NCBI RefSeq assembly: GCF_026210795.1
Contig: NC_089432.1
Coordinates: forward strand, 868,001 to 932,000
DNA: 64,000 nucleotides
Source of the DNA: Rhizophagus irregularis
Taxonomy: Eukaryota
Reading direction: 5' to 3'
This document shows positions 51,189 to 61,571 of this stretch, piece after piece. Under the pieces are notes generated by a model that worked only from the letters and a program-made list of their open reading frames with translations, did no database searches and was not told the DNA's origin. Numbering within the stretch: position 1 is the stretch's first letter; the number at the start of each line of letters is the position of its first letter. A program made the translations under genes and the position numbers.

Positions 51189-53676
51189 TTAATTTTTTAA
51201 TAGCCAAGGTGATTCTCTTTTCGCAGTCTTAATCTAAAGGAAAGGGTAAAACATCTGTTTCAATTTTAGGTTATCAAACAATTGTACTGAATAATAAAAG
51301 AAATTAAAAATACCTCAATTGGATTTAAGAATGCAAATTTCAAATTAATTTCTGAATCCTTTTTTCTACTTTTACAAATACAACCTTTTTGATTACAATT
51401 TATATCAAGAGATTTTATTTTAATCTGATTAATTTTTTGTTTTAGAAATTTAGGGCCACAATTTTCTCCCATAGAATATAAACTTATAAATTTTGGTCTC
51501 TGCCGTTTTAGTGGATTAAATTTAATAGAATTAATAAGATTTCTTATCTTATTATTATTTTTAATGGGTAATATTCCATAATCATCAGAATTGGGGTAAG
51601 ATGAAATAATGAGAATACTAAAAGTAAAATCAGGTAAATTGACATAATGATTTTTTTCTAAACAATAAGAAAATGCATACAATCCAATTTTTCCATTTTT
51701 TTGATCATTAAAAAAATGATGATTAATGACAAGAGAATTATTTGAAGAATTCAATTTGCTTAGTACAGGGATTCCAAAACAAAGAACTGATGAATCATCA
51801 TCCAAATCTAATGATTTAATTATGGTTTGATGACCTGTTGCTTTAAAATATTCATTTTGAACTTTTAATTGAATATTAAATTCTGAATGATTAAGTTCAA
51901 AATTTAAATCATAACCAATAATCATCCAATTAATTCTCAATTTATATTTACGTTTTTTAAATTTTTTTTGAATACAATGGATTACAAGACTTGGGTCTTC
52001 ACTTTGTGGCCAAATGACTTGACAATTAAAAATAGCTTTTTCCTTTTTGTCAATTACTGTTGCAAAGATACTACAATCAGCATCTTTATTTTGTATAATT
52101 TTTAAAATATTTTCTGGTATATTTAATCTAAATACTCTTGGTTTTGCATATTCAACTAAAGAATAATCATGATATTCAGTATTAGTATAAAGTATTTTTT
52201 TTCCAATTGATAATAAGACCCGTTTACGCAAATTTTCGGGTAAAGGTTGAAAAATACTAATTGGATTCTTAAATTTTATGCAACTCCAATATCTGAAATC
52301 ATTCAAAGATCCAGCCCAAACTTCTTCATCAAAATTATTAACATTAAGCTGTTGCCCTCCAATTAATTTAAAACATTCACGTTTAGAATTATTAATATTA
52401 TTGTTTAAATTTTCAGTAGTACTTTCTATTTTGATATTAGAAGCTAAACCTATATTAAATTTTTTTGAATTTTCTTCAGAACAATGCCTTAAAATATTTG
52501 ATCTCTTAAAATAAGCTTTTCCGCCAAATGTAATTTCTGTTGGAATGAACTGACCATATTCCTCAATGATTTTCTTAAAATTTCTAGGGTCTTTGGATTC
52601 TATGGCGTCTTTTACTTCTTTAATAAATTCTATATCTGGTTGTAATCTAAATTTTAAAGTTGCTTTACCATATTCACTTATGGTACAAGTTAAATTAGCG
52701 TCACAGTTAGTTTTTTTAATATTAAATCTTCCAAATGACGTGCTTAACTTTACAAAATCTTTTGTGTCAATGTCCGCAGCTAAAAGTAAATCATTTTTCA
52801 TGATTTGATCTTCTTCCGAATCAATTTCAATCGTACTGTATTTGCAACCATCAACAATTTCAGTCATTTTACAATCTTCCATTATTGTAAATGCTTTCTT
52901 ATTAGCCTTTTCTAATGTTGAAGCAATCCCATATTCTAATTTATGTTTATCTTTCAAAAATTTCCAATCAGGTTCGGATTTTAAATATAAGATTTTGTCC
53001 TTTTATTTATGATTTTTTCTAAAGTTACTCCTTCTTCGTCTTCTTTTGCTATTTCAGCTAAAATATTGTTATTGTTAATTTGACCGACTTTATTTGTGAA
53101 CGAAAATGTATCATTCATTTTAACTTTGCTATTTTGTTCAAGTTTTTTACGAATATTTGATAACTTTTCTCTAAGATTTAAACTGACTAATACACGTTTT
53201 GATTGCGGATCATCTATTTGAACTATACATGTTGCCGAAATATTTCGGCTATTTCGCCCACGTGACAAACTCTTCAAAGCAAGATCATCTGATTTCATAG
53301 ATTTGGCTGAAATTAGGCTTCAAATAGGTTAATCTGGGTCTGAAGAACCTATGAAAGAACTTTTGAGGAATTTCGACCAACTTACATAATTTCGGCAGGG
53401 CTCTGGAATTTCGGACAACATATATTTAATATATGGCCAAAACTTTAAAGTCCGATTCGAAATTATTGCAGATTATGCCGAAATTTTCTGAAGTCTGCCA
53501 AAAGTTGCTGCAGATCTGGCCCAAATTATCTGAGGTTTAAAAAATTTTATTGATATATCTACAAGTAGCTATATTTTGGTGCCGAAATGCGGCCGAAATT
53601 GAAAAAAAGTTTCGGCAACATGTATAATTTGAACTGTTATATCAATATCATCTTGCACGTCAGCATTCACGTCCAT
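51189..53676 (-). pseudogene. MACPF-like domain protein gene disrupted by a MITE and a 1-nt frameshift
   Basis: Removing 53224-53626 and one TSD gives MDVNADVQDDIDITVQIDDPQSKRV. There is a frameshift in an A-run near 53003. FKKIIEEYGQFIPTEITFGG resembles the MACPF signature (YGxH/F...GG). Probable last intron is 51313-51234. Confidence 0.65.
53224..53626. mobile_element. 403-bp hAT-type MITE
   Basis: 8-bp TSD ATTTGAAC (53216-53223, 53627-53634), perfect 17-bp TIR TATACATGTTGCCGAAA, and internal GCCGAAA repeats. Confidence 0.9.
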
Positions 53677-54061
53677 TTGAAATTTCTCGAACCAATTTTG
53701 GCTATGATCAAGGCTATTAATTGGTATAATATATTAATAATATATTGAATAAATAAAATCAATTTTTTTTTTCAAAGAAAAAAATAATTGTTGAAAACGA
53801 AAACTTTTTTTCCTTGTATTTATATATATATATTTCTTATTTTCCGATCTTTTGAAATACGTTTCAAATTTTTTTTACCAATTTTTTTTTTATTATTTTA
53901 CAATGACTCTATAATCTATATTAGTATATTTTTCTTACCAAATTTGGATTTTGGCAGATTTTTTTTTTTTTTTTTTTTTTTGGTAAACGCAATTTTGGCA
54001 GATTTTAAATTTTCGGGAATTATTATGGTGTAATTGTGGAACAAGTAAACAATTAAAACAT

Positions 54062-54540
54062 CATCATGGGTTCATGGTTCCCTCGAAATCGGATGGTTCC
54101 TTCGAAATTCTGGTTATCATGCTTCCTTCTAATTGAATGGCTCCCTCGAAATTGGATGGTTCCTTCGAAATTTTGATCGTCATCATGGGTATGGTTCCCT
54201 CGAAATTCTGATTGTCATGGCTATTGGTTCCCTTAATATTTCTTAATATTTCTTAATATTTTGATAGTCATTGCTATGGTTCCCTCGAAATTTTGATCTG
54301 GTTCCCTTAAAATTCTGATCGTCATGTGATAGTCATTGTTATGGTTCCCTCAAAATTTTGATCTGGTTCCCTTAAAATTCTGATCGTCATGGTTATGATC
54401 CCTTGTATTCGGATCGTCATGGTTACAGTTCCCTCGAAATTCTTATAGTCACGGATTATAATTCTCTTGAAATTCTAATCTTCATGGTTATGGTTCCTGG
54501 TCGTCATAGTTACCTCTAATTGGATGGTTCTCTCGAAATG
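54062..54540. repeat. Degenerate ~20-35-bp tandem repeat (ATGGTTCCCTCGAAATTCTGATCGTC)
   Basis: More than 12 variant copies. The same motif forms the terminal repeat of 54690-56437. Confidence 0.8.
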
Positions 54541-55140
54541 CAAACTATTATATAAGAACGTACCGAAAACTTATGATTTTGTGTAACATGCATAATAATA
54601 ATAATAATAATGTACAGGTGACCGATATTTTTACTAACTATAATTGTAATGTAAATATATTCAAGTAATATTACAGAAACGTTTGGTTCGGGATTCTGAT
54701 CGTCATAGTTCCCTTGAAATTGGATGGTTCCTTTGAAAATGTAAATTATTGATAATGACAAATATGTTTATATAATATACTATATATATTCAAGAAATAT
54801 TACAATGAATTACAAATAAAAAGATTGCAATAAATGAAAAAACAATTTTTTTACGCACATAAATTATAAAGCACTTTGTTTTGTTTACAATTAATTTTAA
54901 AATTCATGAGCACAAAATTTAATTTTGAGTTTACAAGCGCTATAGTTCATAATATGAGATAAAATGAAAAATTTTTTATTAATGTAATATTTGTATGTAC
55001 GCTTCGATAAATCTGGCTTGCATAGTCGTGATCATATCCATTTTATTTAGGTTATATATTACAATAAAGATTAATTCTAAGTTCGTAAATCTTAAGCATG
55101 CATGTAATACAAAAAAAAAGGATATTTATTTATATCATCA

Positions 55141-55305
55141 AAAATTTAGAAATTAAACATCACCTGGGCGATCATCGCCTTTACCAGCATTAGGATAGAA
55201 CTTGGGGCAGAATTAAGAATATGAATGTAACTCCGCCCAAAATGCCATCCTAATGCTGGTAAAGGCGATGATCACCCAGGCTATGTTTAGCAATTTTCTA
55301 AATTT
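55141..55305. repeat. GC-rich foldback hairpin/MITE
   Basis: CCTGGGCGATCATCGCCTTTACCAGCATTAGGAT (55163) is nearly perfectly inverted at ATCCTAATGCTGGTAAAGGCGATGATCACCCAGG (ends 55280). Confidence 0.85.
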
Positions 55306-55477
55306 TTTAATCTTTTTTTCATATTTTTGTATAACGTACGATAATATCAATTTTCTTTTTTTTTTGAAGTTTGATCAATTTATCATTTTTGTTTGACGGA
55401 AATATTTTAACCCAATTAAAGTGAACGTAATTACGTCTATACAAACGAATTCCGATATATTTATTTATTGAGACGTA

Positions 55478-56142
55478 CAGTGGCCTGCCAAAAGTGACCG
55501 ACCACCTAAAAATTAATGACATCAGTTATTTTCATTAATAATTTTTATATTTATTTTAAAATTAGAAATATAAAAACCTATTTTAAAGTATTTTTATACT
55601 TAATTAATAATAAAATTATGTATAAATATCTAATTTTAATGTAAAAAAAAAATTAACTTTTTAACCAGAGCAGCTAGAGCAAAATAGATAGCAAAAATCG
55701 ATTTTTCAACTAAAAATTAGCTTATTTTCAAAAAATCAGAAAGTTTTAATCAGCAGTTCTTGGAAAAATCTGCTTTTAAATCATGAATTTTGGTGAAATT
55801 TTATAATTTTTATATGTAGATCATCAATTTTGCCGATTTTTAGGAGGGGATTTCTCAGCAATTACTAATCAAATTTTTCTGATTTTTTGAAAATAAGCTA
55901 ATTTTTAGTTGAAAAATCGATTTTTGCTATCTATTTTGCTCTAGCTGCTCTGGTTAAAAAGTCAATTTTTTTTTCACATTAAAATTAGATATTTATACAC
56001 AATTTTATTATTAATTAAGTATAAAAATACTTTTTAAAATAGGTTTTTATATTTCTAATTTTAAAATAAATATAAAAATTATTAATGAAAATAACTGATT
56101 TTATTAATTTTTAGGTGGTCGGTTACTTTTGGCAGGCCACTG
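55478..56142. mobile_element. Tc1/mariner-type MITE with ~270-bp near-perfect TIRs
   Basis: TA|CAGTGGCCTGCCAAAAGT...ACTTTTGGCAGGCCACTG|TA. Confidence 0.9.
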
Positions 56143-56699
56143 TACATATAAAATTTTACATTAACAAAAATTTTTTCTAGCCATATTATTTTTATAAACC
56201 TGTGCCAGAAAATCCAAAAGTTGAATTCTGTGAAGTGATTCATAAATTCTAAAATCAACTGTAAATAAACAAAGAACTTTTACGTAAAAAATTATTTTTC
56301 ATTTAATGCATACTTTTTATTCGTAATTCATTGTAATATTTTTTGAAAAAATATAAATTATAATAGTATAAGTATATTTGTTATTATCAATAGTTCCAAT
56401 TATCCAATTTCAAGGGAACCATGACGATCAGAATCCCGTTTAAATCGACTTACATGCGTGTTACTAAATGGGATTAATTAAAATTTATATTTATTATCAC
56501 TTTCAGTAAATATGTTCTCAATGACAGTATATTACTTTACAAACTTAATATATCAATATTATGGAAATTCCTTGGCAAACTATTTTTAAAAATAAGAATA
56601 TAAGAATATGAAAATTTTTGTACGGTAACTATCTGAGAAATTGCCAAAGTGTACAGCAGAATTTTTCTCAGACGTACGACATTAGCAGAAATCTTTTTA

Positions 56700-58839
56700 T
56701 TTTTTATTTTTATTAAACAGTAATAGTTAGCGAAAACAAATTTTATAAACATATCAAAAATGAAAAAGTAAAATAAAAAAATGAACTAAACTATCAGAAG
56801 AATCTACTTCGACGGTGGGGCAATTAAATACGAAACTATTAAAGATATAACCAACTACACCTAAAAACCATTTCTTTAATTAACCCACTACCTCCCATAC
56901 ACTAGCCGAAACTTGGTAAGTTGAAGCCCACCCTGCAGAAGAAAGTAAAATTGACCCTATAAAATTATATAAATCAACTACTAAAATCTACGATGGCGCT
57001 ACGAAGTAAGATTAGTATAAAATTCTATTATATTTTTGCCAAAATAAATGTAATTTCTAACACTATCTAAAGAATCATAATGAATAATATTATTATTACT
57101 ACTATTATTATTAGGTAATGAACGAACGCTTCTAAACTTTAATTTTTTCTTTTTAGTCAACCCTAACGAACGTTCAAATTCCTTCAAGTGCGAACACCGT
57201 GGAATCCAAACCTCTTCAAATATTTCATTGAAAATAAACTGTCTCATTTGAATCAAAACATCAGCAACATTTTTCTTTGTGGTCCAAGAATTCAACAAAT
57301 CTGAAAGTGACATAGGTATAATTCCTTTAATAATGTCAATGAAAGTAAACACATTAGGATCATATGATATATCCCATATATCAAGCGCCATAAGAGCATT
57401 GAAATCTTGTATATTATCGTTATATTCTAATATCCAAGTCAAGAGATGATTAATAGTTTTATCTCTAATATTGTTAATAATATCATAATGACCACTACAC
57501 GTCCATACGTGATTAAAGGTTTCATCATACAATCCACATATAGGGCACATCCAACCATCATATAAGTCAAGCAAAGATTTCTTCATCTGTTCAATTGTAG
57601 GAATTTCTTCAATTAACAAGTGAACTTTTTGAGCTTTCATTTTAGAAGAAGAAACAGAAGTTTCATTGTTATTTATATCACAATTTAAACAACTAAATGT
57701 GGATGTCCAGTCAACTTCTAACGTGCGATATTTAGAATTTCTATTCAGATTAATAAATTTTTCTAATCCTTTGTAGTTGCATAAATTTTTCAAAAATGAA
57801 CGCAGCTTATTTTCAATAATAATACCATTCCAACAAGGAAGAACTTTCATCAAACAAGCGTCTCGTCTAAAAACTATATAGCGATCTTGATCAGTATGCG
57901 CAATTTTCGCCAAATTATCTACATAATTATTACCCAAATCTTCACCATGAGCAGCAACCTTAAACATTTCCACATGCAAGTTCAATGTTAATATAATTCT
58001 ACATAAAATAGCCCATAAGAAATTATTATTAGCCTTAAAGTATTCTCGTGAGGTTTGAGAAAATCTTGATTTCTTTAATGTTTCAAATTGTGTAATAACG
58101 TTAAGCGAATCTGTATTAATCCTAACTTTGCTATTTTTTGGAACAACGCTTAATGCTAAAAGGACAGCTAATAATTCTCCTCTATACGCAGAAGGCCATT
58201 TATCAATAGTAGAATAAAATTCGACATGAGGTATATCAAATAAATCACTAATCTGAGCGAACGCGCAACTAATATTACATTGTTCAGTACCTAATTCTAT
58301 TAATGATCCGTCGGTATAAAACTCAAAAATATAATAATTGTTGTTGTCAAAAGGAGCTAATGTGCATTGTATAATTAACAAATCATTTCTTGAAGTTGAA
58401 GAATCTAATAGATCCAAAATTATATTCTCTTGCAATTGTGGAGAAATCACGTGATTTTGCGTTAACGCTCGATGTATAATATCATATTTATTTTTTGCAA
58501 AATCAAAAATATTAAAAATATTGAATTCTATTAAGTTTGTAAGTTGACTAGGCGCAAATTGAGAATCTGTTAATAAGGGTACTAAACATTCCCAGTCAGC
58601 AGAAAACGTACAAGGTGATCGTGTTGATAATGATGCATTAGCAGCACATCCATATTCCATACATTGATATATATAAGTATGTGTATCAGTACATCGAGAC
58701 ATATCAACATGAAAATGTTTAATAACAGGTCGTTGTGTTTCATCTATTCCTTGAATTTTACCAATAAGTACAGAGTTGAATTGTGGATTATAAAATGCTA
58801 TTAAAGATCTATTCTTTTTAGTAATATCATATGATCGAG
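56700..58839 (-). mobile_element. 5'-truncated non-LTR retrotransposon
   Basis: Direct repeat of up to 19 bp, ATTAGCAGAAATCTTTTTA, at 56681-56699 and 58840-58858. (TTTTTA)n tail at the left end. Confidence 0.9.
56999..58837 (-). CDS. C-terminal part of LINE ORF2: RNase H plus CCHC zinc knuckle (RT missing)
   Basis: RNase H motifs FYTDGS, RGELLA, INTDS, KVAAH and NNYVDNLAK, plus CPIC....ETFNHVWTC. The frame stays open up to the truncation point, so M58702 is not a true start. Confidence 0.88.
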   Translation of the reverse strand, partial: RSYDITKKNRSLIAFYNPQFNSVLIGKIQGIDETQRPVIKHFHVDMSRCTDTHTYIYQCMEYGCAANASLSTRSPCTFSADWECLVPLLTDSQFAPSQLTNLIEFNIFNIFDFAKNKYDIIHRALTQNHVISPQLQENIILDLLDSSTSRNDLLIIQCTLAPFDNNNYYIFEFYTDGSLIELGTEQCNISCAFAQISDLFDIPHVEFYSTIDKWPSAYRGELLAVLLALSVVPKNSKVRINTDSLNVITQFETLKKSRFSQTSREYFKANNNFLWAILCRIILTLNLHVEMFKVAAHGEDLGNNYVDNLAKIAHTDQDRYIVFRRDACLMKVLPCWNGIIIENKLRSFLKNLCNYKGLEKFINLNRNSKYRTLEVDWTSTFSCLNCDINNNETSVSSSKMKAQKVHLLIEEIPTIEQMKKSLLDLYDGWMCPICGLYDETFNHVWTCSGHYDIINNIRDKTINHLLTWILEYNDNIQDFNALMALDIWDISYDPNVFTFIDIIKGIIPMSLSDLLNSWTTKKNVADVLIQMRQFIFNEIFEEVWIPRCSHLKEFERSLGLTKKKKLKFRSVRSLPNNNSSNNNIIHYDSLDSVRNYIYFGKNIIEFYTNLTS

Positions 58840-59210
58840 ATTAGCAGAAATCTTTTTAAAACAATAAAAAGATATTATTGGGCGTTTTTTATAAAACTAG
58901 TAACGATTTTGTTGATCATTTTTGTTGATCATTTATTTTAAATTTATTATAAATTTTGTCACGAGATTTTCTATGGAAATCATTTCTCAATTTGTTATTA
59001 AAACACCTGCTGAATTGCCTCGAAATTGAAAATCATTTCCCTTTTTATAAAAAAATTTCCTTTTTGGTAAAAAACTCTCAGATTAATCTTATATAACTTT
59101 ATGTCACCCCAGCCAAATGATCGACATAGTTTATAAGCTGGATGTTCGTGCGCTAACTTATAGCTTATAAACTGCCCATGGGCATATGTAGCCCACGGGA
59201 TCTGATTGGT

Positions 59211-60930
59211 TCAGAATGAGGACAATAATGTCCCCGTAATTATGGACTATGTTGCGCCTTCAGTTTAAAAATGAGGACAATAATGTCCTCATAATTATGG
59301 ACTATGATGCGCCTTATTCAGCTTAAAAATGAGGACAATAATGTCCTCATAATTATGGACTATGATAGTTCTTTAGTTTAAAAATGAGGACAATAATGTC
59401 CTCGTAATTATGGACTATGAAGTGCCTTCAATTTAAGAATGAGGACAATAATGTCCTCGTAATTATGGACTATGATAGTCCTTTAGTTTAAAAATGAGGA
59501 CAATAATGTCCTCGTAATTATGGACCATGATAGATCTTCAGTTTAAAAATGAGGACAATAATGTCCTAATAATTATGGACAATGATGTGCCTTCAGTTTA
59601 AAAATGAGGACAATAATGTCCTCGTAATTATAGACTATGATAGTCCTTTAGTTTAAAAATGAGGACAATAATGTCCTCGTAATTATGGACTATGAAGTGC
59701 CTTCAATTTAAAAATGAGGACAATAATGTCCTCGTAATTATAGACTATGATAGTCCTTTAGTTTAAAAATGAGGACAATAATGTCCTCGTAATTATGGAC
59801 TATGAAGTGCCTTCAATTTAAAAATGAGGACAATAATGTCCTCGTAATTATAGACTATGATAGTCCTTTAGTTTAAAAATGAGGACAATAATGTCCTTGT
59901 AATTATGGACTATGAAGTGCCTTCAATTTAAGAATGAGGACAATAATGTCCTCGTAATTATGGACCATGATAGATCTTCAGTTTAAAAATGAGGACAATA
60001 ATGTCCTCGTAATTATGGACTATGACAAGCCTTTAGTTTAAAAATGAGGACAATAATGTCCTCGTAATTATGGACTATGATAGACCTTCAACTTAAAAAT
60101 GAGGACAATAATGTCCTCGTAATTATGGACTAGTATGAAGTGTCTTCAGTTTAAAAATGAGGACAATAATGTCCCTGTGATTATGGACTATGATAGATCT
60201 TCAGTTTAAAAATAAGGACAATAATGTCCTAATAATTATGGACTATGAAGTGCCTTCAATTTAAGAATGAGGACAATAATGTCCTCGTAATTATGGACCA
60301 TGATAGTCCTTTAGTTTAAAAATGAGGACAATAATGTCCTTGTAATTATGGACAATGATAGATCTTCATTTTAAAAATGAGGACAATAATGTTCTAATAA
60401 TTATGGACAATGATGTGCCTTCAGTTTAAAAATGAGGACAATAATGTCCTCGTAATTATGGACTATGACAAGCCTTTAGTTTAAAAATGAGGACAATAAT
60501 GTCCTCGTAATTATGGACTATGATAGACCTTCAACTTAAAAATGAGGACAATAATGTCCTTGTAATTATGGACTAGTATGAAGTGTCTTCAGTTTAAAAA
60601 TGAGGACAATAATGTCCCTGTGATTATGGACTATGATAGATCTTCAGTTTAAATATAAGGACAATAATGTCCTAATAATTATGGACAATGATGTGCCTTC
60701 AGTTTAAAAATGAGGACAATAATGTCCTCGTAATTGTGGACTATGATAGTCCTTTAGTTTAAAAATGAGGACAATAATGTCCTCGTAATTATGGACTATG
60801 ATAGACCTTCAACTTAAAAATGAGGACAATAATGTCCTCGTATTTATGGACTATGATGTGCCTTCAGTTTAAAAATGAGGACAATAATGTCCTCGTAATT
60901 ATAGATTATGATAGTCCTTTAGTTTAAAAA
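59211..60930. repeat. Tandem array of 31 x 55-bp double-hairpin units
   Basis: Unit TTAAAAATGAGGACAATAATGTCCTCGTAATTATGGACTATGATAGTCCTTTAGT. The GGACAATAATG anchor recurs every 55 (occasionally 58) bp from about 59218 to 60877. Confidence 0.95.
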
Positions 60931-61186
60931 TAGCTCTCATAATTACAGACTATATTGGACCTCTCATTTAAATTATATTCAGCTTCTGTATTCATATATA
61001 GATTATAGGAACCTCCTAATTAGTAAATGGACAATCATAGTGTCTTTATAATTATAGATCTCATTTAAAATAATAACAGTAGTATACTCATATAACTTAC
61101 TATTAACAGGTTATATTATAAATAGCATGTTCTTTTTGTTTAAAATGTATTTTCATATTTGATTGTCTATTTAAACCACTTATGGA

Positions 61187-61310
61187 CTGTTCCCTGACAG
61201 GACATTTTTCCAATAACCTAACGCTGGCCGTTTGATCACGTGTTCATGCATAACCTGCATAACACTGGCCAAATCTTTCAGGCAAATGTAATCCCGTCAG
61301 GAAATTGTGC
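61187..61310. mobile_element. Small degenerate TIR element, with a related copy at ~9550-9660
   Basis: TTCCCTGACAGGA / TCCCGTCAGGAAA inverted pair. The internal CGCTGGCCG.TTG.TCA.GTGTTC...CATAAC is shared with 9556-9610. Confidence 0.5.
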
Positions 61311-61571
61311 CATAACCATTTAAACTAAAAGGTAATAATATGGCAGAAAATTTAGAGAAATAAAAATATATTTTAATTGCAATATTTTTTTACCGCTTTA
61401 AACTCCTAATCAAATTGTTAGAAAAGTTATTTTTAAAGTAAAATAGGTTTCTTCTATTTATTTCAAAGTTGTTATAATAAATATTATATCATATATGACT
61501 AATTTTTTTAAGTATCAAAATATTTGTCAGATTTATTAGATATTCAATTCATATTGCTCCTTTTGGATCGA

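Larger units (their letters stand above)
54690..56437. mobile_element. MULE-like non-autonomous element with ~170-bp imperfect TIRs
   Basis: GGGATTCTGATCGTCAT..TTCCCTTGAAATTGGAT pairs with ATCCAATTTCAAGGGAACCATGACGATCAGAATCCC. The flanks GTTTGGTTC / GTTTAAATC match at 6/9. Confidence 0.6.

Noticed and set aside
53224..53298. N-terminus MKSDDLALK... of ORF 52981..53298
   Set aside because: It is read from the inserted MITE. The real start is at 53676.
59211..60930. CRISPR array
   Set aside because: The repeat is palindromic, but the intervening parts are short recurring alleles of one sequence, not unique spacers. There are no cas genes and the context is eukaryotic and intron-containing.
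56999..60930. Functional RT/RNase H plus array system (retron- or DGR-like)
   Set aside because: The RNase H ORF lacks RT and is bounded by its own TSD and tail, so it is an independent truncated LINE insertion next to the array leader.
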